A stretch of DNA of 64,000 nt from an uncultured Enterobacterales bacterium (GTDB taxonomy: Bacteria; Myxococcota_A; UBA796; UBA2385): positions 30,219 through 94,218 of the forward strand of contig CAZCUX010000027.1 in assembly GCA_964502005.1 (NCBI GenBank). The letters are read 5' to 3'. Positions 9,409-17,572 of this stretch are shown here, one piece after another. A program made the position numbers and the translations under genes. The notes under the pieces were generated by a model. The model did no database searches. It saw only the letters and a program-made list of their open reading frames with translations, and was not told where the DNA came from. Every line of letters begins with the position of its first letter. The stretch's first letter is position 1.

Positions 9409-10401
9409 TCATTCGGCGCCTTCGGACGGAGCCGCTGCGACGGGCACGATGCCCAAGCCAGCCTGGGACAAGCCGACAAGCGCTTCTTTCTGGAAGCCCG
9501 CCACGATGATGCGGTCTTCACGGGAGAAGTCGGTGTCGAGGAGCACGCCCTTTTCAAACCAGATGTGGGCGACGACAGCTTCTTCACCACCGCGGAAGTC
9601 CTGGACTTTGCCATCGGCCTTGGCGCGAATACGAACGGCGCCGGTGACGTCCAGCTCCCCACCCTCTTCCTTGGGCTCGGAGGCAGCGACGACTTGAACG
9701 GTGCAGCGGTTTTCGTTGCAGCCGGTGCCGAGGTTGGCCTCTAGCTCGGGCTTGATGGTGATGACCGTGGGCTCGTCTTCGCCACCGGTGACGGCGACCC
9801 AGGCTTCCGTCGCATCGATCGCTTCGGCAATCTTCTGGGTGACGACTTCTGCGGTCATGTCGTCTTCGTAGGTCCAGTGCTCGCCTTCTTTGATGTGGGT
9901 CTCGTTGCCATTCTCGATGAGGAGAATGTCGAGGCCCCACACACCGCCGCGCTCTTTGTTGGCGGGGGCGCCGAGGCCTTCGCCACGGCTGAGGCGGGCT
10001 TTGGACGGCTCACCGGCAATCTTGATCTTCACATCGGCGTCTACGCGGTCGGCGAAGCGCTTTTCGGACGAAATCCGCGCCTTGATCGCATCGGGGTAGT
10101 TGATGTGAAACGCAGCGATGTCCATCCGCTCTTCGAGCGACTTCGGCTCGCCGAGGATTTCCATCACTTGGTCGGGGGTCATGCCGTCGGACAGCTTGTT
10201 GAAGGTGTCCGCGGTGAGCTTGTGCGGGTGGTCGAGCGACGCGCTGGTCTGCAGGCCGGCGAAGCCCGTGAGCCCCAAGAAACCGAGGGTTCCCAGGACC
10301 GGAATGGGCAGGCTGCGGTCCGGCGAGCGGAGCGTCAACACGAGGCCGATGGCCCACAACAGCGAGTAGAGCAGGGCAAAAGCGAGAAGGACGTAGGCCA
10401 T
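9409..10401 (-). CDS. hypothetical membrane protein with a BamE/SmpA-like segment
   Basis: ATG at 10401 lies 9 nt after GGAGA. MAYVLLAFALLYSLLWAIGLVL plus a second TM helix. GMTPDQVMEILGEP is BamE-like. Confidence 0.6.
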   Translation of the reverse strand: MAYVLLAFALLYSLLWAIGLVLTLRSPDRSLPIPVLGTLGFLGLTGFAGLQTSASLDHPHKLTADTFNKLSDGMTPDQVMEILGEPKSLEERMDIAAFHINYPDAIKARISSEKRFADRVDADVKIKIAGEPSKARLSRGEGLGAPANKERGGVWGLDILLIENGNETHIKEGEHWTYEDDMTAEVVTQKIAEAIDATEAWVAVTGGEDEPTVITIKPELEANLGTGCNENRCTVQVVAASEPKEEGGELDVTGAVRIRAKADGKVQDFRGGEEAVVAHIWFEKGVLLDTDFSREDRIIVAGFQKEALVGLSQAGLGIVPVAAAPSEGAE

Positions 10402-10807
10402 CGGGGATGCTCTCCGGTGGGGATTCCAGACCGTGCGGGGGCACCTCCAAACGACCGAAGCGCGCGGGGTACCCAATTCGGTCGGTAAGCCTACCACGCC
10501 GCACGCATCTGAGCAGCCGGGAAGCCGCACCGATTGTTCAGAGTTCTTGAAGAGATCGGCCAGCAGTACATCGCAAATCGGCACGAGGACCACGACTACA
10601 ACCATTCCCACCGTGTGCCCTGGCGCTCGGTTGTGGCTTCACCGAATTCTTTCAACCCAGGGCCTCGGCACCTGGACTTTCGGTTGGGCGCGCAAGCTGC
10701 GCCGAGTCCCCGTCCAATGTCGTTTTCCCGCTCGAATCATTCGCAGCGCTCCAATAGGGTGTCGGAACACGCAGACACCCTTCGGGTTCGCAAGGACGGT
10801 CGCTTCG

Positions 10808-13800
10808 ATGAAAGGGATTCGGCACATCCACTTACACCGCGGCCAGTCCCCCCATCGAAGCGCGGTGGAGATCGCGCTGGTTGAGGTTCGGGCGGGCGGT
10901 CCTGAACCCGATGGCCGCGGGTTTTTGGTGAATGTACGCGTCACAAGAGAAGGAAAGCCCCCCCAAGAGAGCACGCGCACGCCGCTTCCGGTGACGGCTG
11001 CACGCGCGGAGACACTTTGGGAAAACGAGCGAGCACGTCGAAAACAAGAGGGATTTGTCGACGAAAACGGCCCCGCGCCCCCCCGTCTTGTGCCAGCGCC
11101 ACCCGATGTACGCGCGCAGACCATCATTCGGTATCTCGAAACCGACACCGGACCCCGCGACTGGCCGCGCTCGCGCATCATCCAGCGGGCCGGCGACCTG
11201 CGAATTGTCGGCGCTGCACCTGCGCTGGCGCGTCTCGTGCCCTCCACCACGGGCATCGAACGGATTGCGCTCGCATTCGCGCTGGCCCGCATCGCGACCC
11301 CTTCGATTTCCGGCGCCCTCCGCTCCCTCGCCGGCCCCACGGAGCCAGAAACCGTACAACGCTTTGCGCGGGCGGGCTTGTTGGCCATTCCGAACGAGCG
11401 AGCCACCTGCATCGCGACCCTGCTCGATGAACTACCGAGCGCCATCTGCCGCGCAATCCAAGCCTCCGACGCGCACGCGCTCGCGCAGGCTGTCGATGCG
11501 TACCTCGCGTCCCCCGACCCCACCCGTCCGATGGTCTGGGTCACCCTCGCGCTCCTCGATACGCCCGAAGCACGCGACCTCTTGTGCGCACGTCTCCGAA
11601 CGCTGCCCTTGCGCCCACCCCACTGGCGCGCCCTCCGACGTATCGCCAAGCTCGCCGAGCTGCGCGATGACGCGGAAATGCTGGCCATCCTCGCGCATCG
11701 TATCGACAAAACCCGTGCGCGTCCGATGGGGCACCAAGGGTTCATGTTCCAGAATGGGCAATCACGGCGGATTTCCGACATCGTACGTTCGGGAAGCAAC
11801 AACATTGGGTATACGGTTGCGACCCGCACTTGGTTTCGGCGGCACCTGTTGCGGACGCTGCGCTCTCGGGCCGCGGCGGGCGACCGCGCGTATATCGACC
11901 TCGCACTCGCGATTTTGTCCGCACACCACGACGACGCACAACCCAGCTGGCTGGTGGGACATATCCTCCTGGCCCACAGCCTCGAGTGGGCGCCACCCGA
12001 CCGACGCCCTGGCCCCTGGCGACCGCGCCTACGAACCCAAGAACCACACCAAGCTCGAACCGAAGCCTATGCGTCCTTATGGGACGAACACCCCGACGCG
12101 CTCGTGCGTCTCGCATGTGGCGGGCATACCATTGAAGGAGCGCGGGTCGGGTGCGTCGCATTGACCCCACGCACCGACCTCGCGCGCTGGGTCACCCTCC
12201 GCGATGTGCAGCAGCTCTTCCTCGCCAACACCGACCTCCAAGCCAACCTCGCGCTCCAGGCCCTCGCGGCCCTCTGGCAGCAAAGCGCCCCTGACCTCCG
12301 CGTGCTGCTCACGCTCGCGCCCGTTCCCCGCGCCGACGCCCAAGCACGCTTTCGCGCGTGGTTCCCCCAAGCCACCCGCCAGTGGATGTCCCAACCCGAG
12401 GTCTTTGCAGAGCTTTTCTTCTGTCCCGAAGAAGGTCCGCGCCGCCTCGCGACCGACTTGCTCCCCGCTGTCTTGTCGATGCCCGACAGCGCGCTACGTC
12501 TCACCGAAAATATCCTGTCACGGCTGATTTCCACCGACGCCAACGACACCTCCGCGGTTCCGCAGCTCGTCTGCCAATTCGTCGAAACGCACCTGTCACG
12601 CTTCATTTTCGCGCTTCCCCTGGAGACATTGGTGAGCGGCCTCGACGCCCCGCACATCCCGGTCCGGGAAGCCATCAGCCGGTGGTTGGTCCGCCACCCG
12701 ACGCCCGTGTCTGCGTGGCCGCTTTCCTGCGTGCGCGCGTGGATGTCCAGCACGACCCCATCCGTTCGCTGCGACGGAGTTCGCGCATTCCGCCGCTGCA
12801 CAAACGAGACCCAGCGGTCGCTGTGGACACACCTGCTCGAAATATGGGAAGGCTCCGACGCCGATGTACGCGCAATCGCGCGTGGTGTGCTCTCGGATTG
12901 GCTGCCGACCGCGCCCGACTACCGCGCAGAAGTGGCCCAGCAATTGGTCGCCAAGCTCCTTCAAGACGAGCGATGGCCGGAGTTTCACGTCGAGCTGGCC
13001 ACATTTTGGAACGAACAACCGGACCACTTCGCGCTTCCCCTCGCACAGTCGACCATTTTGGCCCTCCTCGACGCACGAGGACGCACGGCGCAGACCGTGG
13101 GCGGCCAATACCTACCGCAGCTGTCGCCCGACACCCTGTCCACCGACCAAGTGCTGGCTCTCGCGAACCATGCCTTGCTCCCCGTACGAACCGTCGCGCA
13201 AATGTGGATAGAAGCGGACATTCCGCGGTGGGCCATGCAAGAAGGCGCGATTTTGGGGCTCATCGATGCGGACTGGCCCGAAACACGGGCGCTCGGCATT
13301 CGCCTCCTCACGCATTTGCGGTCGCAAACGATGGTCGACCCTTACCTCTTGGTCGCCATTTGTGACTCTGCCCAACCGGCCGCACAAGACATCGGACGCA
13401 CCCTGCTCCGGGACTGGCTCGATGACTCCCACAATCCCCAGTGGATGATGTATCTCGCCGAGCACCCGTCCCCCAAGACCCAAGCCTTCGTCGCAGCATG
13501 GGCCATCGAAGTCGCAGCAACCGACCCCCATCGCCTCGAAGCGATGACCCCGTATTTTCGCGCCGTTCTGTTTGGGCTGTCACGCAGCGCTTTGGCAAAA
13601 ACGCGCGTATTTGCCGCCCTTGAAACCGCAGCGATGCATGATGAGATGCTCGCACGCTGGGTTCTGGCGTTGATGGAGGACTGGAGCGGCAGCACGTCCG
13701 TACAAGACCGAGCGCGCGCGATCGCGCTGATGGTGCGCATACGCAGTCGCTTTGGCCTAACGTCCTCCATCGCCAAGGTCGTGCCCGTCCCCAAGAGCAA

Positions 13801-13825
13801 CCGGAGGCTCCGCGATGAAAGTTGA
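10808..13825 (+). CDS. large WGR-like N-terminal domain / alpha-helical repeat protein (MolR/YehI-like); candidate retron accessory protein
   Basis: ATG at 10808. The upstream 125 codons of the ORF are W/C/R/T-rich junk. The N-terminus FLVNVRVTREGKP...AARAETLWENERARRKQEGFVDE fits the WGR pattern with a degenerate W-G-R. The remaining ~900 aa are L/A/R-rich helical repeats. No P-loop, nuclease or TM motif was seen. Confidence 0.75.
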   Translation: MKGIRHIHLHRGQSPHRSAVEIALVEVRAGGPEPDGRGFLVNVRVTREGKPPQESTRTPLPVTAARAETLWENERARRKQEGFVDENGPAPPRLVPAPPDVRAQTIIRYLETDTGPRDWPRSRIIQRAGDLRIVGAAPALARLVPSTTGIERIALAFALARIATPSISGALRSLAGPTEPETVQRFARAGLLAIPNERATCIATLLDELPSAICRAIQASDAHALAQAVDAYLASPDPTRPMVWVTLALLDTPEARDLLCARLRTLPLRPPHWRALRRIAKLAELRDDAEMLAILAHRIDKTRARPMGHQGFMFQNGQSRRISDIVRSGSNNIGYTVATRTWFRRHLLRTLRSRAAAGDRAYIDLALAILSAHHDDAQPSWLVGHILLAHSLEWAPPDRRPGPWRPRLRTQEPHQARTEAYASLWDEHPDALVRLACGGHTIEGARVGCVALTPRTDLARWVTLRDVQQLFLANTDLQANLALQALAALWQQSAPDLRVLLTLAPVPRADAQARFRAWFPQATRQWMSQPEVFAELFFCPEEGPRRLATDLLPAVLSMPDSALRLTENILSRLISTDANDTSAVPQLVCQFVETHLSRFIFALPLETLVSGLDAPHIPVREAISRWLVRHPTPVSAWPLSCVRAWMSSTTPSVRCDGVRAFRRCTNETQRSLWTHLLEIWEGSDADVRAIARGVLSDWLPTAPDYRAEVAQQLVAKLLQDERWPEFHVELATFWNEQPDHFALPLAQSTILALLDARGRTAQTVGGQYLPQLSPDTLSTDQVLALANHALLPVRTVAQMWIEADIPRWAMQEGAILGLIDADWPETRALGIRLLTHLRSQTMVDPYLLVAICDSAQPAAQDIGRTLLRDWLDDSHNPQWMMYLAEHPSPKTQAFVAAWAIEVAATDPHRLEAMTPYFRAVLFGLSRSALAKTRVFAALETAAMHDEMLARWVLALMEDWSGSTSVQDRARAIALMVRIRSRFGLTSSIAKVVPVPKSNRRLRDES

Positions 13826-15488
13826 CCACCGGTATGCTGGACAGAGCGGCGCGCGAACTGGCACGCACCGCTCATTGTTGTCGTTTTCCCCCGATATTTC
13901 CCGCCAGCCAACGTGGTTTCGGGGCACCGTCGCCCAGCCATGGATGTTTCGCGACGGAATGGCCGCACTGTTCGCCGTCGTGTCATCTGACTTGCGTCCC
14001 CGCAGCAAAGACCGCAGCGCATACCTTGCGTGGCGCCACCAGCAGGACGACATCGAATGGGCAGCGACCCTCGCCGCCCTCCCAACAAAGCGCGTCGAGA
14101 GCTTGGCCGCCCTCAAAGACGTCAAGCAAAAACTGAATGCCATTCAGCAGGTCCGCAATGCACGCCAAGGGTCTTTTCTCAGGGCCCAGCGTGCTTATTT
14201 TGATTGGCTGTATACCCACGACCGGGGTGCATGGGTGGTCCTTGACCCCATCATCACGGTCCACCCGGACCAACTGTTCTTCGAGTGCTTTAGCGCAGAC
14301 GAGAGCAGCTACGCACGCTTTACCTGCCAGTACGGCTCCTTTCGGTCGATTTCTGACTTTTCATGCGGCACCACAAACATCGACTTCTCGCGCGATTTGT
14401 CCCGCGCGTTTGAAAAGCTCCGCTCGTATCGAGATACCGAGCTTCTCATCGACCCCTCGGGATTTTCGGTCCATACACACGGGGAAGTGCCGCACTACGA
14501 GAAGAAGATTGACGTTCCCGATTCTTGGGTGCGCGGCTTTTTGCAGGTCAGCGCCGCGATGGGACTTCCCGGCGTTTCTCTTCGCCTGCATCCCATCGAC
14601 CTCCACAATCTGCTGTTTGTGTTGCGCCGACGAATCGAACAGCACGGCCCACGCTCGTTGCGCTTTTGTATCCAGCCCGATGGCGCCATCCATGTCGAAG
14701 TCGAGCCGTTTGCACACCATTTGGTGCTCGCACGCAGCAATGTCATCGGTTCCCTTCCCGCAGAGCCGCTCGAAGTCCGGGTGTGGGGACGGCGCAGACT
14801 TCGGGTGCTCGAACGCCTCTTGCCCCACGCACGGCACATTGACGTGCGCTTACTCGGGAGCGGTCTGCCGAGTTTCTGGAACGTCCTGCTCCCGGGGATG
14901 ACCTTTACGCTCGGGCTCTCCGGCTGGACCGCAAACGATTGGTCACGCCAAGGCGCGTTCGACCTGATGGCGCCTCGTGGAAACACCGACGCACGCACCA
15001 TTTCGCGCGTGACCGAAGCCCTCACGCGCCGCTCTTTTGCGACGGTACCCCAGCTTGTCGCAGAACTGAATGACGATTCAGCGACCATCACAGAGGCCTT
15101 GTTTGGGTCGATACAAGCCGGTCAAGTGATGCTCGATGCCGACCAACAGACCTACCGCGCGCGTCCCTTGTTCCGCGACCCCCTCGACCGCGACGCCTTC
15201 CGCTGGGCCAGTCCACGCGAGGCCGAGGCGCAAGCACTCATCCAAAAAAACGCCGTATTGGTGTTCCACGCCACACCCCAAGGCAACGGCACCGCGCTCA
15301 ACGGGACCCTCTTCGACGCGCGCGTGCAGCGCCACGCTACGGCGCTGCTCGACCAAGATGACCGGATGGTCACAGGCACCTGTACCTGCGCATACTTCCG
15401 GCAAAACAAGCTCCATTATGGCCCGTGCTCGCACATTCTCGCTCTTCGTATCGTGCAGTCGCAACAGCACGGCAAGGCTCGTCCATGA
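13815..15488 (+). CDS. SWIM zinc-finger protein (YehQ-like); candidate retron accessory protein
   Basis: ATG at 13815 lies 7 nt after GGAGG and overlaps the upstream gene by 11 nt. The C-terminus TGTCTCAYFRQNKLHYGPCSHILAL carries a CxCx(n)CxH SWIM signature (15381-15434). Confidence 0.85.
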   Translation: MKVDHRYAGQSGARTGTHRSLLSFSPDISRQPTWFRGTVAQPWMFRDGMAALFAVVSSDLRPRSKDRSAYLAWRHQQDDIEWAATLAALPTKRVESLAALKDVKQKLNAIQQVRNARQGSFLRAQRAYFDWLYTHDRGAWVVLDPIITVHPDQLFFECFSADESSYARFTCQYGSFRSISDFSCGTTNIDFSRDLSRAFEKLRSYRDTELLIDPSGFSVHTHGEVPHYEKKIDVPDSWVRGFLQVSAAMGLPGVSLRLHPIDLHNLLFVLRRRIEQHGPRSLRFCIQPDGAIHVEVEPFAHHLVLARSNVIGSLPAEPLEVRVWGRRRLRVLERLLPHARHIDVRLLGSGLPSFWNVLLPGMTFTLGLSGWTANDWSRQGAFDLMAPRGNTDARTISRVTEALTRRSFATVPQLVAELNDDSATITEALFGSIQAGQVMLDADQQTYRARPLFRDPLDRDAFRWASPREAEAQALIQKNAVLVFHATPQGNGTALNGTLFDARVQRHATALLDQDDRMVTGTCTCAYFRQNKLHYGPCSHILALRIVQSQQHGKARP

Positions 15489-15545
15489 CGCTCCTCTTTC
15501 TTTTTCCCTTTCGTCGTCCAGCGGAGTTCGATACAACAGGAAGGT

Positions 15546-15777
15546 GGGCTGGGGTTGCGCCGTGTGCCTTGCAAACCGAACCGTGCCATCGCGGTTCATG
15601 CCAACGGCTCTTCCCTCCTTCACCGGCCCGGTTTTCACTGGGCGTGGCCTGGGCCATCGCGACGGCTGCCGGTGGGAGTCCTGCCGGACTCAGCCGTCGC
15701 GATGGCCCGTCCCCGCGTCGAGTGAACCGCTCCGGTCTCCCGTGTGTGACGAAGTCTTCTTCGGCGCGCCCCAGCCC
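15546..15777 (+). ncRNA. candidate retron msr-msd non-coding RNA
   Basis: a1 GGGCTGGGGTTGCGCCG (15546-15562) pairs with a2 CGGCGCGCCCCAGCCC (15762-15777). An msr-position hairpin is GAACCG/CGGTTC (15578-15597). An msd-position hairpin spans 15622-15736 with an 18-bp perfect core (15651-15668 / 15691-15708). The element lies in the 472-nt gap directly upstream of a retron-type RT. Confidence 0.6.
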
Positions 15778-15811
15778 CTCCCCCATTCTCTCGTGCCCAA
15801 ACCGCGCACCT

Positions 15812-15843
15812 GATGGGCAGCGCGATGTTCGCGGACGCCCATC
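15812..15843 (+). promoter_or_regulatory. stem-loop between a2 and the RT start codon
   Basis: GATGGGC-AG-CGCGA-TGT-TCGCG-GAC-GCCCATC gives 7 + 5 bp with an internal loop. It lies 118 nt upstream of the RT ATG. Confidence 0.5.
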
Positions 15844-15960
15844 TCCGCAACGCACCCCAAGCGCGCGCCAACACAGCTGCTTTGTGCGGCGCTTGCCGTA
15901 CGCGAGCCGGGGTCCCCATCTGCGAACGGCGGGACGCACACGCGCGCGAGGGGCACAACG

Positions 15961-17487
15961 ATGAGTCCGCCACCTCGTCGCGAAGACGCCCTTCGAGAGC
16001 GCATTCGTGCATCCTCCAAGGCCAAGGTCATCCAAGAAGACATGGCTCGCCTCGGCTTCTGGGGCCAAGCCGAAGACCCACTCGAAGCCGAAGCCCTGCA
16101 CCTCGCCGGGCAGCTCCACGCGCTCGAACGAGAGCTTGTGGCGCTCGACCAGCTCGAAGCGCAAAAGGAGGCGGCCCACAAAGAGCGGCTGCGCGCGGCC
16201 AAAGCGCGCCGGGCCGAAGCGCGGGAACGCCGAGAGAGGGCCCGTCGTGAACGTGCTGCAGCGTGGGCGAGCCGCCAAGCAACCGACATCCTCTTTTTGG
16301 GCGAAGGCGTCAGCGATGGCCTGGCGTCCGCGCGCAAGGGCAACCCCGACACAGTGCGCGCCTATGGGCTGCCCGTGCTCGACTCGATTTCGGAGCTCGC
16401 GCACGTATTGAACGAAACAGTCGGCGGACTTCGCTGGCTTGCGTTTCACCGCGCCGTGAGCCAAACCTCGCACTACACCCGTTTTGCGATTCCCAAAAAG
16501 GCAGGCGGTGAGCGAATCATCTCGGCACCCCTCCCTCGCCTGAAGGCTGCGCAGTCCACCATTGCCGGCTGGCTCTCCGCGGTTCCGCTGCATCCGGCGG
16601 CCCACGGGTTTGTGCCCGGCCGGTCTATTGTCACGAACGCAACGCCCCATGTTGGATGCGCTGTCGTGGTCAACTTCGACCTCGAAGACTTCTTTCCGAG
16701 CATCGACTGGATCCGCGTTCGCGGCATCTTTGAGCAATTGGGCTACGGACGGCCCATCGCGACGGTATTGGCCCTCCTTTGTACAGAGGCCGAGGTCGAG
16801 ACGCTCGAAATCGACGGCAAGCGTTGGTTCGTGCAGACCTCCACGCGGCGACTTCCCCAGGGCTCACCCGCGAGCCCCGTGTTGACCAATCTCTTGTGCC
16901 GCCGCTTGGATGCCCGGTTGGCGGGGCTCGCGTCCCGCCTCCAGTTCACATACACCCGCTACGCCGACGACCTCACGTTTTCCCTTCGCCCCGGCGGCGA
17001 AATACAAAACCTCCATCGGCTACTATACGCATTACCGCGTATTGTGGTCGACGAAAATCTGCGGCTCCACCCCAAAAAGACCCGCATCATGCACAGGGGG
17101 CGCCGCCAGGAGGTCACAGGCTTGGTGGTCAACCAGCGGGTTTCTGTGCCCCGCGAGCAGCTCCATCGGTACCGGGCGGTCGTGCATCAACTTCGTCACC
17201 GTGGGCCACATGGGCTTCAATGGGGGAGCGCAGACACCGTATTTGGAGGACTCCTCGGGTTTGCCGCCTTTGTTCATATAGTGGACGCGGAAAAAGGAAC
17301 GGCGATGCTGCGCGAAGTACGCGCGCTCGGCGCACAACACGGCTGGACACCGCCTCGGCGGCCATCTCCCGCAGCTCCCGACGCACCTGCGCCAGAGGAC
17401 GAAGAAGGGACTCCGCCTCCCGCATCCACACCGATGCTGGAGTATTTGCTGGGCGGGACAAAGAAGTGGTGGCAGTTCTGGCGTTGA
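15961..17487 (+). CDS. retron-type reverse transcriptase with an N-terminal coiled-coil extension
   Basis: GAGGGG lies 7 nt before the ATG. Motifs seen: FAIPKKAGGERIISAP, SIVTNATPH (NAxxH), VVNFDLEDFFPSI, LPQGSPASPVLTNL, YTRYADDLTFS (YADD), LHPKKTRIM and RRQEVTGLVVN (VTG). Confidence 0.9.
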   Translation: MSPPPRREDALRERIRASSKAKVIQEDMARLGFWGQAEDPLEAEALHLAGQLHALERELVALDQLEAQKEAAHKERLRAAKARRAEARERRERARRERAAAWASRQATDILFLGEGVSDGLASARKGNPDTVRAYGLPVLDSISELAHVLNETVGGLRWLAFHRAVSQTSHYTRFAIPKKAGGERIISAPLPRLKAAQSTIAGWLSAVPLHPAAHGFVPGRSIVTNATPHVGCAVVVNFDLEDFFPSIDWIRVRGIFEQLGYGRPIATVLALLCTEAEVETLEIDGKRWFVQTSTRRLPQGSPASPVLTNLLCRRLDARLAGLASRLQFTYTRYADDLTFSLRPGGEIQNLHRLLYALPRIVVDENLRLHPKKTRIMHRGRRQEVTGLVVNQRVSVPREQLHRYRAVVHQLRHRGPHGLQWGSADTVFGGLLGFAAFVHIVDAEKGTAMLREVRALGAQHGWTPPRRPSPAAPDAPAPEDEEGTPPPASTPMLEYLLGGTKKWWQFWR

Positions 17488-17572
17488 CACGCGCCGCGAT
17501 TCGGAGACGCACGCACGAAAAGGGTTGTCTTGTCGAACCTTTGGCATTCTGAATGAGCGTTCATTCACCCAT

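Noticed and set aside
10433-10807. N-terminal 125 codons of the 1130-aa ORF
   Set aside because: The composition (runs of T, many R/C/W/S) looks non-coding. The WGR-like fold begins right after the ATG at 10808, which has a purine-rich stretch (AAGGA) about 10-15 nt upstream.
15370-16737. 455-aa minus-strand ORF spanning the ncRNA gap and the RT 5' half
   Set aside because: It is antisense to an RT with complete catalytic motifs. It is R/G/C/W-rich, with no RBS or recognisable domain.
15961-17487. RT as a group II intron, DGR or Abi/UG-type element
   Set aside because: There is no maturase/X or endonuclease domain and no intron RNA boundaries. No TR/VR repeat pair or target gene was seen. 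The NAxxH and VTG signatures, plus an upstream a1/a2-flanked hairpin, point to a retron.
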